DNA of 64,000 nt from an uncultured bacterium (GCA_963729625.1 CAVSOU010000011.1:1-64000); one strand, 5' to 3'; numbered from the stretch's first letter, positions 22,867-34,248 are shown. Translations and numbers: made by a program. The notes: a model not told the origin generated them from the letters alone.

Positions 22867-23190
22867 TGCAATCATGATATCATGCACGATGAGCTAGTGC
22901 CAACCAGCCGCCAGGGCTGGTCAATTCTCGTAACAGGCGCGTGTCAACGGGCCTGGGACCGCCGGGGATCCGCGTGCGGGTGTTCTGCCCGCCCCGTCCC
23001 GCGAATCACCTGCCCACGACCTCGGATGGCGGCGACTCGCGCCTCCGCCTGCGACAGACATACAGCCCTGGACCAGCCAGTAGTCGGGCTGTCACGTGCC
23101 ATGTCCAGGGCGGTGAGTCTCGTCTTGCTGCGGCGCGACCGGCACGCGTCGCCACGCTGGATGCACCGTGGCGACCTGGAACGCCGCTCT

Positions 23191-23613
23191 TCAGCGCACG
23201 ATAAGCACATCGCATGGCGCGTGGCGGCTCACCTTCTCGGCCGTTGTGCCCATGAAGGAACCCCAGATGTGCGAATGCCCGGCATGGCCCAGCACGACCA
23301 GGTCGAAGCCGCCTTCCCTGGCAACGCGCACGATCGTCTGCGCGGGGTGGCCCGGAACCACCTTGGTCGAGAGCGTCCAATCCTGTTCAGTGGCCACCTG
23401 CAGCGCCTGCTCCTGCACGGCGCGGTAGTATGCGTCGCGCTCTTTCTTCACCTCGTCGAACTCGTCGATGGTGCCGGCATAGGTGGGCAAACCTTCCTCG
23501 ACGGAAAGGCAGCAGAGCTCGGCTCTCTGTTCGCGAGCCAACTGCGCGGCGACGCCGAGAGCCTTTGTCGACGAAGACGACCCGTCGTAGCAGGCCAAGA
23601 TGCGGTGAAACAT
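23191..23613 (-). CDS. universal stress protein
   Basis: ILACYDGS, GHPA, DLVVLG..G.S....MGTTAEKV.RHAPCDVLIVR. Confidence 0.92.
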   Translation of the reverse strand: MFHRILACYDGSSSSTKALGVAAQLAREQRAELCCLSVEEGLPTYAGTIDEFDEVKKERDAYYRAVQEQALQVATEQDWTLSTKVVPGHPAQTIVRVAREGGFDLVVLGHAGHSHIWGSFMGTTAEKVSRHAPCDVLIVR

Positions 23614-23961
23614 GGTTACCTCCTCTGGCGGCAGCGGTCGCGGGCTCAGCATCATCACGAGTGGCCGGCACGCCGCCTCCCACGCAGCCTTGGTGGTCGC
23701 GTGGAGCAGCCGGCCACACGCGAGGGTCACCTGCAGACTGACCGGTCCTGCGCCACCCCAGTGTCAAGCACGCCTCTGCCGCCGCAGACGCGATCCCCGA
23801 CCCTACCTGAACAGAGCATAGACCTGCTCGAATGCGCGGTCAACGATTACTTTTCTTATGGCCGGCTGGCGGTGGCTTCAGCTGGGAGTACTGGACTGGC
23901 TGTCCACCGGCTCCCTACACTTGAGAGGAACAGTGAACGCCTGAGGATCTTGAGGGGCCGG

Positions 23962-25056
23962 ATGAACGACGCATACCTGGTGCTGGCCGACGGCATGGTC
24001 TATCCCGGCTACGGATTTGGCGCGCCGGTCGAGGCGCACGGCGAAGCGGTGTTCACCACGGGCATGGTGGGGTACCCGGAGAGCCTGACCGATCCGTCGT
24101 ACCGAGGCCAGATCCTGATCTTCACCTATCCGCTGATCGGCAACTACGGGATTCCGGCGCAGTCGGAGGAAAACGGGGTGGCGACGCAGTTCGAGTCGAA
24201 CGAGATTCAGGTGCGCGGCCTGGTAGTTGCCAGCTACTGTGCCGAGCCGAGTCACCACGATTCGATCCGCAGTCTCGGCGATTGGCTTCTCGAGCACGGC
24301 ATTCCAGGCGTTCAAGGCATCGATACGCGCGCGCTGACGCAGCACCTCCGGCACTTTGGCGTGGCCGCGGGCCGGATAGTGCGGGCGCGGAGTCTTGATG
24401 AGGCGCGCGCGGCGGTGGTGCCCGCGGCCGACCTGTCCGGCCTGCTGCCGGAGGTCTCGGTTGGACGGCCGCGCATGCTCCGGCCCACGGGCGGCCAGAC
24501 TGGCCCGACTGTGGCGGTGCTTGACTGCGGAGTGAAGAACAACATCCTGCGTTCGCTCTTGGCGCGCGGCGCCGGTGTGCTGCAGGTGCCGTGGGACATG
24601 GATCCCTACGCGTGCGGAGAGCACTTCGACGGCGTCCTGGTCTCGAACGGGCCGGGCGACCCGAAGGACGCGGCGCCCACGATCGCGCATCTGCGGCACA
24701 TGCTGCAGCGCGAGGTACCCATCTTCGGCATCTGTCTTGGCAGCCAGATCCTGGCTCTGGCAGCGGGTGCGGACACGTACAAATTGAAGTTCGGGCATCG
24801 CGGCCAGAACCAGCCATGCAGGGACGTGGACACGGGCCGCTGCTACATTACGAGCCAGAATCATGGCTATGCTGTGGAGGAGTCGACGCTGCCGGACGGC
24901 TGGGAGCCCTGGTTTCGCAACGCCAACGACGGCACGAATGAGGGCGTGAGACACCGCTCCAAGCCCTTCCGCGCCGTGCAATTCCATCCAGAGGCGCACC
25001 CCGGTCCGGAGGACATGGGCTTCCTGATCGACCAGTTCCTCGCGGAGCTTGGCTGA
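23962..25056 (+). CDS. carA: carbamoyl-phosphate synthase small subunit
   Basis: GEAVFTTGMVGY, TDPSY, SNGPGDP, GICLG, SQNHG, QFHPE. Confidence 0.95.
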   Translation: MNDAYLVLADGMVYPGYGFGAPVEAHGEAVFTTGMVGYPESLTDPSYRGQILIFTYPLIGNYGIPAQSEENGVATQFESNEIQVRGLVVASYCAEPSHHDSIRSLGDWLLEHGIPGVQGIDTRALTQHLRHFGVAAGRIVRARSLDEARAAVVPAADLSGLLPEVSVGRPRMLRPTGGQTGPTVAVLDCGVKNNILRSLLARGAGVLQVPWDMDPYACGEHFDGVLVSNGPGDPKDAAPTIAHLRHMLQREVPIFGICLGSQILALAAGADTYKLKFGHRGQNQPCRDVDTGRCYITSQNHGYAVEESTLPDGWEPWFRNANDGTNEGVRHRSKPFRAVQFHPEAHPGPEDMGFLIDQFLAELG

Positions 25057-25233
25057 CGTGTTGTGGGGCGACACGGGACTTGGTTTTCGTGACGTGAATC
25101 TCTGGCCGCGTGCGCGGAAAGTATGCTACGCGGCACTTGTAGGCAGAACACGTCGTCGCGAGCGCCCTGGCCAGCACCAGATCGCGGGAGACCTTGGTAT
25201 GAGGATCCGACCCTGCCCACGGAGCGGGCGCCA

Positions 25234-25599
25234 TCAAGGGAGTGGAAGGAGTCGCAGTCGGCTGTCGCTGGGATCAATGGTCAGTATGGCACCGGCTTGC
25301 AGCTCCGACTCCACTTGCTTGACTGCCGCGACGACGTGTCTGCCGATACTGTCGGGGCTGACGTCGTCTGCACGTAACTGTATGACGCTTGGTTTCTGAC
25401 CGCCTGTCGCTGCCAGGATCGCGCTGTAGTCCAGATCGTGGGTCAGGACGATAAAGTCTTGCTCGACGGCATATGCCATGAGCTCTGCGTCTGGTGCGTC
25501 ATGCTTACCTACTGCCGCCCAGTGGATCGCGGCTATGCCTTCATCGGCCAGGCGGTCAACCCATTGCGGCGAGAGGTTCATGTCGACAAGCAGCTTCAC
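25234..25599 (-). CDS. DUF5615 PIN-like toxin
   Basis: MKLLVDMNLSP, LTHDLDY. Confidence 0.88.
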   Translation of the reverse strand: MKLLVDMNLSPQWVDRLADEGIAAIHWAAVGKHDAPDAELMAYAVEQDFIVLTHDLDYSAILAATGGQKPSVIQLRADDVSPDSIGRHVVAAVKQVESELQAGAILTIDPSDSRLRLLPLP

Positions 25600-25826
25600 G
25601 CGTTGGCCAGCTGGATTTCGCGTTCTTCAGCGAGCCACGCAGCATAGCGAAGTGCCTGCATGATGTCCTCAAGCTCGATGTACGGGTAGTCGGCCAAGAT
25701 GCTCTCGATGCTATGGCCGACACCGATCTGGCCGACAAGCATTCCGACCGTAACGCGCGTGCCCCGTATGCAGGCCTTGCCCCCCATCACTTCGGGTCGC
25801 TGGGAAATGCGGTCAAATTGCGTCAT
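25596..25826 (-). CDS. DUF433 antitoxin
   Basis: PEVMGGKACIRGTRVTV, ILADYP, EDIMQALRYAA. Confidence 0.9.
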   Translation of the reverse strand: MTQFDRISQRPEVMGGKACIRGTRVTVGMLVGQIGVGHSIESILADYPYIELEDIMQALRYAAWLAEEREIQLANA

Positions 25827-26016
25827 GTCGATCTCCTGATGCTGTCTATCGTGATGGTATCGAGAACGCAGGCCATTGTGTCCAACACCGGCTTCGGATG
25901 TTCCCCCAGGCAGCGTTGCCGGCACTGAACGTACCAGAAACTAACGTAGGCCGCCGTCTCAAACGTTGAAGAGCCATCCTGTGCTGCCTTCAACGAGAAG
26001 CACAGGGAGTTTGCTC

Positions 26017-26286
26017 ATGGCTGAGCTCATTCGGGCAGTGTATGAACATGGGCGACCGCGTCCACTCGATCCCGTAGGCTTGACTGATGGTCAGGAGATT
26101 CGGTTGACTGTTGTCTCCGAGCGCGAGCAAGTGCGACTGGCCCTTGTTGATCTGCTGATGCCACTCGCCAAGGAATCCGCGGGTCCCCTCGACGAGTCGG
26201 CGATGCTTGCTCAGCTCGACGCGGATCTTCGAGGCCGGGTGGCAGTATCCGACGCCATCCTGGAGGAGCGTCGAGAGGGGCCGTGA
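26017..26286 (+). CDS. AF2212/DUF104-like antitoxin
   Basis: IRAVYEHG...PLDPV.L..GQEIRL; C-terminal SDAILEERR. Confidence 0.8.
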   Translation: MAELIRAVYEHGRPRPLDPVGLTDGQEIRLTVVSEREQVRLALVDLLMPLAKESAGPLDESAMLAQLDADLRGRVAVSDAILEERREGP

Positions 26287-26460
26287 CAGCATTCTTCCTG
26301 GACAGCAGCGCCGTAAGAGTTCAGACCTGAGGTAAAGCAGTCTGAAGTGCCTCGATGCAGGCGACCTGATCAAGCGCAATGTGGCCGAGCCAGGTACGAT
26401 CTGGGTGCGCGCGCTGTGCGCTTCTCCTGCGGGCCATAGTGTCCTGGTGGCCGCGCATTC
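26283..26460 (+). pseudogene. interrupted and truncated VapC toxin
   Basis: MTAFFLDSSA, a 53-bp insertion, then LIKRNVAEPGTIWVRALC; the rest is missing. Confidence 0.7.
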
Positions 26461-26540
26461 GCGCAGGCTGCTCTGCCTGGATCCGCAACTGCCTCCTCCC
26501 CGGCGGATCCCTATCGCCGTGGGGATAAATCGGCGGCTAC

Positions 26541-27783
26541 CTAGCGCTTTGCGGACATGTACGTGGCGATGTCCTTGCGCACCTGCTTGAGTGCCGTCGC
26601 GAGTGCCTGCCGCGGTGACGCCTTCCCTTGCAGGACGAGGTTGATCGCGTTGCCCTCTGGGTCCCAGACCTGGGACATTGCCGGCGTGTTCGGCATCAGG
26701 ATGCCCGCGCTGATTGCCGCTCGGCAGCCGCCTGCAGCGCGTTCGGCGTGAAGCCGGGCGCGACCTTGAGCGTCGGCAGGCGATCTTCATACCTGGCGGT
26801 GATCGCCTGGCCGTTCAGGCTGAGGTACCGTGCCAGGTCCCAGGCGGCGGCCTGCTGCTTGCTGTAGCGGTTGACCGCCCACACGCGGATGCCCACGAAC
26901 GGCCTGCTCACGCTGCCGCCCGGCATGGTCGGGATGCTTGCGGCGCCCAGGTCCGACCCCAATGTCCCGGCATAGGAGTCGAGATTCCACGGGCCGTCGA
27001 GGATCATCGCCGCTCGGCCGGACTGGAATGCGGTGGTGACAAAGGTGTAGTCGGCCTTCTTCGGCACGATGGCGGTGAGCGACTGGATAAACGAAGGGCC
27101 TCTACGGCGCTGGCATTGTCGAGCCCGATGTCCGTGATGTCGACCTTCCCGCCCTTGCTCCCGAAGATGTAGGCGCCGTCGCCGCTGTATGCCCAGAAGT
27201 TGTAGTACAGGCCGCCCGTGATCCAGTAGAGAAAGCCGTACTGGTTGCCTCTCGTCATCTTCCTGGCTGTAGCGATCAATTGCGCCCAGGTGGCGGGAGG
27301 ATCGTGCACCAACCGCTTGTTGTAGAACAGCAGCAGGCCGTCTTCGTCGTGCGGAATCGAGTACGGCACGCCGTCAACCTGGGTCGCGCCGAGCGCGTAT
27401 GGCTGGTACTTTGCTTGGTCGGACCCGCTGAGCACGCCGGCCGGACGTGGCGCAATCAGCTTGGCTACCGCGTAGCCGCCTTGCTCGTCCTCCGGAAGGT
27501 AGATGAGGTCCGGGCCGTCTTTGCTCTTAGCCTTGGGCGGGAACTGACAGGGGATGCAGTTGGCACCCCCGGGCTGGCCGAAGCTGACGAACTTCACGCT
27601 CAATCCGTTTGCGGCGCCCCACCTGTCCGCCAGCGCGGCAAGCCCGTCCAGCGCCGGAATGGAGTTCAGATCTTCCCACACGACGATGGTCGCGCCGGCA
27701 CGCTGAGAAACCGCGTGCGCGCCGCCCGTGGGCGGCAGGACGGCCAGCACGATAGCTACGGCTGCGAACAGGCTTCGTCTCAT
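26541..27783 (-). CDS. maltose/cyclodextrin-type extracellular solute-binding protein (frameshifts near 27085 and 26720)
   Basis: signal peptide, GPDL, LFYNK, PPATW, AMILDGPW, MPNTPAMSQVW. Confidence 0.82.
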
Positions 27784-27816
27784 CTCTCGTCCTCCCTTGA
27801 CAATCGTGTGTCGCAA

Positions 27817-30800
27817 TCATGGATAGGCGGGACATGTCCTCTGATACGGCAGGCCTCCCAGGTAGTGCTGCCACTCGCCGAGAGTAAGGTTCCGCCCGGC
27901 CTCCTGGCAGACTCGCTGCTCCAGCACCGCGGGATCGATGGTCCAGAGCCTGAGCGTCTGGTCTGTGCCAACAGACACCAGCGTCTTGCCGCCTGGTCCA
28001 AAGGCCACGCCCCACACACCGCCCGTGTGCCCGGCGAGCGCCGGGCCCACCGCCAGCTGGGTCGCCACGTCCCACAGGCGGATGGCCTCGTCGTCGCCGG
28101 CCGAGGCGAGTGTCGCGCCGTCCGGGCTGAAGGCAACACTCCGCACCACGGCGTTGGCGACCAGCGGTGCGCCGATTGCGCGCGCCGCCGCCGTGTCCCA
28201 CAGGCGGATCGTCCCATCGGCGCCGCCCGAGGCGAGCGTGCGGCCGTCTGGACTGAAGGCCACACCGTAGACGGCGCCGGTGTGCCCGGACAGCAGCGTT
28301 CCCCGGTGGTCGCCGCTCCCCAGGTGCCAGAGCCACACACTGCCGTCCAGGTTCCCGCTGGCCACCATGCTGCCGTCGCGGCTGATCGCCACGCTCCATG
28401 CTCGCGCGGCAGGCCCGACGAGCGGCGGGCCGATCACCTGCCGCCGAGACGGATCCCACAAGCGGATAGTCGCGTCCGCGTCGCCCGCGACCAACACCCG
28501 GCCGTCGACGCTGAACGCCAGGCTCTCGACGGCGGCCCCTGCCGGATCGGTGAGCGGTGCGCCCAGAGGCCGGCAGCGGGCCGTGTCCCACAGTCTGATC
28601 GTCGCGTCGTCGCCGCCGGACGCCAGGATCCTGTCGTCAGGGATAAAGGCCACGCTGTTGACGTAGTCGGTGTGGCCGGCCAGCGGGTTGCACCGCAGCC
28701 GGCGCCCGGCCAGGTCCCACAGGAGAATCGTCTTGTTCGCTCCTGCAGAGGCTGCAAGCGAGCCGTTCGGGCTCAAGGCGACGCCGGCAGAGGGATTGGC
28801 GCTACCGGGCAGGGGAAGACCCAGGGTGTGAGCGGCGGAGACATCCCACAGGTCCACCGTGGCAGCCTGGCCGCCCGAGGCGAGCAGGCCGTCATCCGGG
28901 CTGAACGCCAGGTCGGTCACGCCATTGCCGTAGCTGAGGCCGGCCGCCATGCCGGCCGCGGGGCCCGCGAGCGGCGCGCCGAGGGGCTGCCCGCGCGGCA
29001 TGCTCCAGAGCTGGATAAAGCCGTCGGTGCTGGCCGACGCCAGTAAGGCGCCATCATGGCTGAACGCCACACTGTAGACGGCCTGCGGCCCTTGCGCGAG
29101 CGATTGGCCGAGGGGCCGCCGGTGTGCCACGTCCCAGAGCTGCAGCCGTCCGTTGGCGTTCGACGCCAGGATCGAGCCGTCATGGCTGAACGTTACCGAA
29201 GAGACGGAGGCCAAGGCGGCGGTTTCGAGCAGCCCGGCGATCGGCCGGCGCCTGGGCGCGTCCCACAGCCAGAGCGAGCCGTCGCTGCTGCCCAGGGCCA
29301 GGGTTCTGCCGTCCGGGCTGAACGCCATGTGTAGATGGCGCCTTGCTGGCTCGCAACGAACGTGCCGATCAGGCGGCGATGCGCCACATCCCACAGCCTG
29401 ATAGCATTCGGCGTGTAGGCCGCGACGAGGATGGTACCGTCGGCGTTGAAGGCGAGCGCCGTCACGGCATCGGCAGGATTGCCGGTGCTGAAGTCGCCGA
29501 CGCCGTACCGGTGCAGCAGGTCCCAGACGACCGGCACCCCGCCGGCACTGTACGCCATCAGATTGCCACCGGCGCTGATGGTCAAGGCGGCGAGCGTACT
29601 CGTAACACCGCGGGCCATAACCGAGGGGCTCTGCTGCCGCAGGCTTGCCACGTCCCACTGCCGCACGGCGCCTCCGAAGCCGACCGCGCTCAGGCGCCTG
29701 CCGTCGGGGCTGAAAGCGACGCTCATCGCGCCGACTGGATCGCCCTGCAACACAGCGGCCAACCTGTTGTGCTGGTGCTGGAAGCTCTGCAACAACGCGC
29801 CCCGGGCCTCTACCGTGCTCGCCAGGCGATTGGCTTCCACGCTCAACAGCAGCGCGAGCGTGGTCTGGTTGTCCAGGTGACTCACGGCCTGCAGCGCCAG
29901 CGTCGTCGACAGCGCCAGATCTCGCCGGGCAAGCGCGGTGGCTTTGGCGGCGGCTTCCTGACGCTCGCTCGTCCGCGCCGTGCTGGCTGAGTTGATCGCC
30001 ACGGTCGCCAGCCCGGCTGCTACCGCGAGGAAGACCAACAGTGTTGCTGCCAGCACGCGCAACCGGGAGGCTGCGCGCCGTTCGAGCGCCAGCTCGTGCG
30101 CCTGGCGCTCCCGTTCTGCTGCTGCCCGCTGCGCCTCCGTCGCCATGCCGGCTGCCACGAACGCTGCCTCGCTCGCGCTGGGCAAATTGCGCGCAGCCCA
30201 GTCGCGCGCCTCCAGCAGCAGCGCGCCGCGGTAGAGGTAGTCGGCACCCCGGCGCTGGCGCTCCCACTCCGCCGCGTCGGCGCCGACGGCCTGCTGCAGC
30301 CTGATGTCCTCCCGCGCTTGCTGCAGCCAGGATCCGAGCCGCTCCCATTCGCGGAGCAGCGCCTCGTGGCTGACCTCGATCGTGGCGCCGCCCTCACCCT
30401 CGCTCGCGCTGAGCAGACGGGCGGCGACAAAGGCCTCCGCGGTCTCATGCAGCAGGCGGGTCCGCGCGGGATCCTCCAGCACCAGCTCGTGCAGCGCGGC
30501 CCGCCGCCGCATCGTCTCCTGTTCGCCGGCGCCGGGCGTGACCAGTCGCAGGAACAGGGCGCGGCACAGGTGCCGCTGCTCCTCGCTCAGCAACGCCGCG
30601 TAGACCGCCTCGGCATGCCGGGCCAGGGTCCCCCGCACGCCACCCAGCGCCCGGTAGGCAGCGCCCGTCAAGCGGCGTCCTTCTCGGCGCAGCACGAGCT
30701 GCTCCAGCGTGAACTGCAGCAGCGGCAGTGCGCCGGCCTGGCCGCGCACCTCGAACAGCAGGTCGCCCACCAGGTCCGCGTCAAAGGTGAGCTGCACGCC

Positions 30801-32249
30801 GGGCAGGGCAGCCGGGCCCTCAATGGCAGCGCGGAGGTCGGCCGGCGTCATGGGCAGCACCGTCTTGGTGTGCCCGTCGAGCAACGCCGCCAATTCGGGA
30901 TAGGCCAGCGGCCGGTCGTAGAAGTCCGCGCGCAGGGTAAGGATGACGAGCACCGGTCCTCTGGGCTCGGTCGCCGCCGTCACCAGGAGGTCGACGAACT
31001 GCTGCCGCTCCGCTTCGTCGGTCGTCAGCGTGAACAGCTCCTCGAACTGATCCACAACGAGCACCACGCGACTGCCGGCCACAGGTGCCAGCCGCAAGCC
31101 GAGCAGATGGAGCCCGCGCGCCGAGATCCCAATCGGCGCGAATGGCCTGCACGGGCGAGGCGGGCAGGGCCGCGGCAAGCGCCACGCTCAGCGCTTCGAG
31201 CGGGTGTGCGCCCGGCACGAGCGGTGGCAGGTAGACCCACGCCGCGCTGCCGGGCACTGCGCCGCGCTGCAATCGGGGCAGCAGACCGGCCAGCACCAGG
31301 CTGGACTTGCCCGACCCGCTCGGCCCCACGACGGCCAGACAGCGCGGCGCCTGTTCCTTCTCGCCGGCCAGCACCGCCAGCAAGCCGGCAACCGCTGTCT
31401 CGCGGCCGAAGAAATCGCCGGCATCCGCGGCGCGGAAGGCGCGCAGCCCCTTGTAGGGGTTGCGCGGTTCGCCCGGCGCCGCGCCCTCCGGCGGCGCCCC
31501 ACGGCTTGCCTCGGCCGGAAGGCCGCCGCGCAGCAGCGTGACGATCTCGTCGAGCGCCGCGGCATAGCCGTCGCCGCGCGCGTCCAGGTACTGCATGCCG
31601 CCCCAGCCCAGGGGCACACACTCCAGCCACGCCTCGCCTGCCAGCCACAGCGGGTATATCGGGCGTCGGTAGAGCTCGGCAACGCGCAGCTCATCCGCCA
31701 CGTAGCGCGAGGATCGCGCCTCGGGCGAGCCGAGATAGAGAACTGCCCTGGCGGCGCGAATGGCATCACGTGCGTCTAGCTCCCACCCTGGGGTACCGGG
31801 CTGGAGCTCCTGCGTGGCGCGCCACGGCCGGATGCCCCACGCGAGCAGATCGGCGCCGAGGCGGGCGACCAGCGCGCGATCGGCCCGCGCATGCACGAGG
31901 TAGACGTCGGGTGCCTCCGCCTCGGACGGAGAGGTATCCGCGTCGCCGCCCCTGGGCAGCAGCCCGCCCGGCAAGGGGGAGGCCGGGGATCCCGTTGCCG
32001 CGACCGCTCCGCTGCGCGCGTCGAGCCGCCGGGCTGCCGCCGTCAACCGCGCTCGTTCCTCATCGGGCAGGGCGAGCGCGTCCGTCAGCAGGCGAGGGTC
32101 TCGCCCTGCGGCGTCTGCCGGACCCCGCGCTCCAGGGCGCTGATCGCCGTGGCGCTCAGCCCGGCACGTTCGGCCAATGCCTCCTGGGTCAGGCCGGCCG
32201 CCACGCGGGCACGTCGCAGCAGTTCCCCAAACGACGGCGCTTGGACCAT
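27817..32249 (-). CDS. XRE HTH - TIR - STAND NTPase - TM - WD40 repeat protein (three frameshifts)
   Basis: LTQEALAERAGLS, TIR-like DVYLVHARAD...SRYVADEL, NPYKGLRAF, GPSGSGKSS, VVDQFEE, LPLLQF, SHEALL, many AFSPDG/LWD repeats; ORFs join near 32100, 31130 and 29335. Confidence 0.85.
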
Positions 32250-32376
32250 GGCAGGCACCCGAGTCCCTTCCCCCGGGCACGCCCCAGCACGTCGCCACGG
32301 ACCGGCTGGTCCGTGCGCGAGGTGACCCATACCAGTCTACCAGACTTGCTGGGGCTCCGCCAGCGCGATCAGCCCG

Positions 32377-32424
32377 CTGTACGGCTTGTTGTACGGCCAG
32401 TTGTGCGGCTAGTTGAGCGCCTTG
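32377..32424. repeat. four tandem 12-bp imperfect repeats in the divergent promoter region
   Basis: CTGTACGGCTTG / TTGTACGGCCAG / TTGTGCGGCTAG / TTGAGCGCCTTG. Confidence 0.65.
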
Positions 32425-32551
32425 TGCGTGGCCTGCCACAGCAGCGGCGACCAAGCTAGAGGCGTTCGCAGATCACAGTCCGCTGGACCAAGAGAGGAGG
32501 CCTGCCAGACACGCGCTGACCCGCCGCACACAGCCGTCTGGCGAATCTTCG

Positions 32552-33849
32552 ATGAACGCACATCGCACCGCGCACCGCAGCCTGTTCCGAGCGCTCTCCC
32601 TCCTGCTGGCAGGAGCAGGACTTTTCGCTTTGCTCCCCCAAGGCATCGCCTTGCTGCGCACGGGCAGCTTCGCGGCGCGAGCCGCGCTGCCCGCCTGGTC
32701 CGCGCCAACCACGCTGCATCGGGGTCTGCACCTCTTGCCCGGCACCCGCCGCGTGGACTATGGGCCGCTGCCACCCCTCACCCTGCTCGGTGAGACGACG
32801 AGGTTCCCGGCCAGCGTCGATCTCAGCCGCTACGCGCCGCCCGTGGGCGACCAGGGCTGGGTGAGCGACTGCGTGGCCTGGGCCGCCGTCTACACGCTCG
32901 CCGGCTGGTACGTCAACGAGCAGCATGCCGCCACCGGCTACTTCGCGCCGCTCTACACCTACAGCCAGATCGACGGCCATCAGGATAAAGGCAGCTGGGA
33001 GTCACAGGTCCTCGCGGCCGCGCAGCAGGGCATGCTGCCGCTGGCCGACTATCCCCAGGGCAACTACGCCTGGCGCAGCCGGCCCACGCCTGCCCAGCGC
33101 GTCCTGGCCCGGCATTTCACCCTCACCGGCGTCACGTACTACCCCGGGCAGGCGGCCCGCATCGGCGACCCGCGCGACTGGGACACCAACCCTAACCGGG
33201 TGCGCACCTCCATCGAGACCGCGCTCGCCGCCGGCCACCCGGCGCTGATCGGCATCGCCGTCTATCCCAACCTCTACAACGCCACCGCCACAAGCGCCTG
33301 GGTCGCGCCGGTGCCGGCGGATCCATCCGGCTCATTGGGCGGCCACGAGCTCGTCGTGATGGGGTACGACAACGCCGGCGCCTGGGTCGAGAACTCCTGG
33401 GGCACAAGCTGGGGTCTTGACGGCTACGCCGAGATCTCCTGGCCCTACCTGGAGGCCAATACCTCTGCCATCATCACGGCCGACGCCCTCCGCGTCACTG
33501 CTGCCTCCGCGACGCATCCGGCACGAGCGGAGCAGCCGACCATCACCATACTGCGACCGTGCTGCGCGACGGCGCGTCGCAGCCGCGCGCAGTAATCCTG
33601 GCCAACGGCGAAGAAGTCGCCTTGACCGGCACCGGCTTCAAGCCCAATGAGACGGTCTCCCTGTACTGGGACGGCCGCTATCACGGCTACGTCACCGCGC
33701 TCCCGGACGGCACCTGGAGCGTGGAGTGGTACGACCACCAGCAGGTCCCGGCCAGCGCCCACAACATTCGGCCCGCCTCTGGTAAGCATGTCCTCGAAGC
33801 TCGTGGCAATCAGGGCACTGACGCGAGCATGGCGCTGACGGCTGCCTGA
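32552..33849 (+). CDS. secreted C1 (papain-like) cysteine peptidase with C-terminal Ig-like domain (frameshift near 33560)
   Basis: PASVDL, DQGWVSDCVAWA (Cys), GGHE (His), ENSWG (Asn); tail LTGTGFKPNETV.LYWDG. Confidence 0.88.
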
Positions 33850-33889
33850 CCGTGCCTTCAGTTGATGTTCGGTGCGGTATCTATAGTTA

Positions 33890-34049
33890 GTGCTCACCAC
33901 CGATAGCGAGCTCAGGTATTTACAGCATCGAGCATCGCCACGACGTTCTCCGGCGGCACGTCCGCGAGGACGTTGTGCACCTGCTGGAACACGAATCCGC
34001 CCCCAGGACGCATGATCTCAACCTGCCGCTTGACATGCTCGCGAATCTC
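33890..34049. repeat. 160-bp direct repeat, copy A (duplicated 3-prime end of the URO-D gene)
   Basis: aligns ungapped with 40309-40468, about 13 mismatches counted by eye. Confidence 0.92.
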
Positions 34050-34248
34050 CAAGGGTACTCGCGCTTCCGTTTCGCTGACGGTCGTGTGACCCGCGCTCGT
34101 TGCACGTCGGTAGGAGTGGCCGGCTAACCCTGGAAGCGCAATGATTCTGTCAATTCTCGCCTGGCAGACGGAATGTCGGCGATCCATGGCGAGCGGTCTT
34201 CCTGGTCAAGGAAAAGATGCTCGAAGAAGCCCGCGCTTCATGCACCAC

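Noticed and set aside
22882-23961. long N-terminal extension of carA in the ORF track
   Set aside because: It is antisense to the USP gene; the real start is at 23962
26313-26360. GTAAGA...TGCAG spliceosomal-intron look-alike in vapC
   Set aside because: Bacterial context, and its removal does not restore the reading frame
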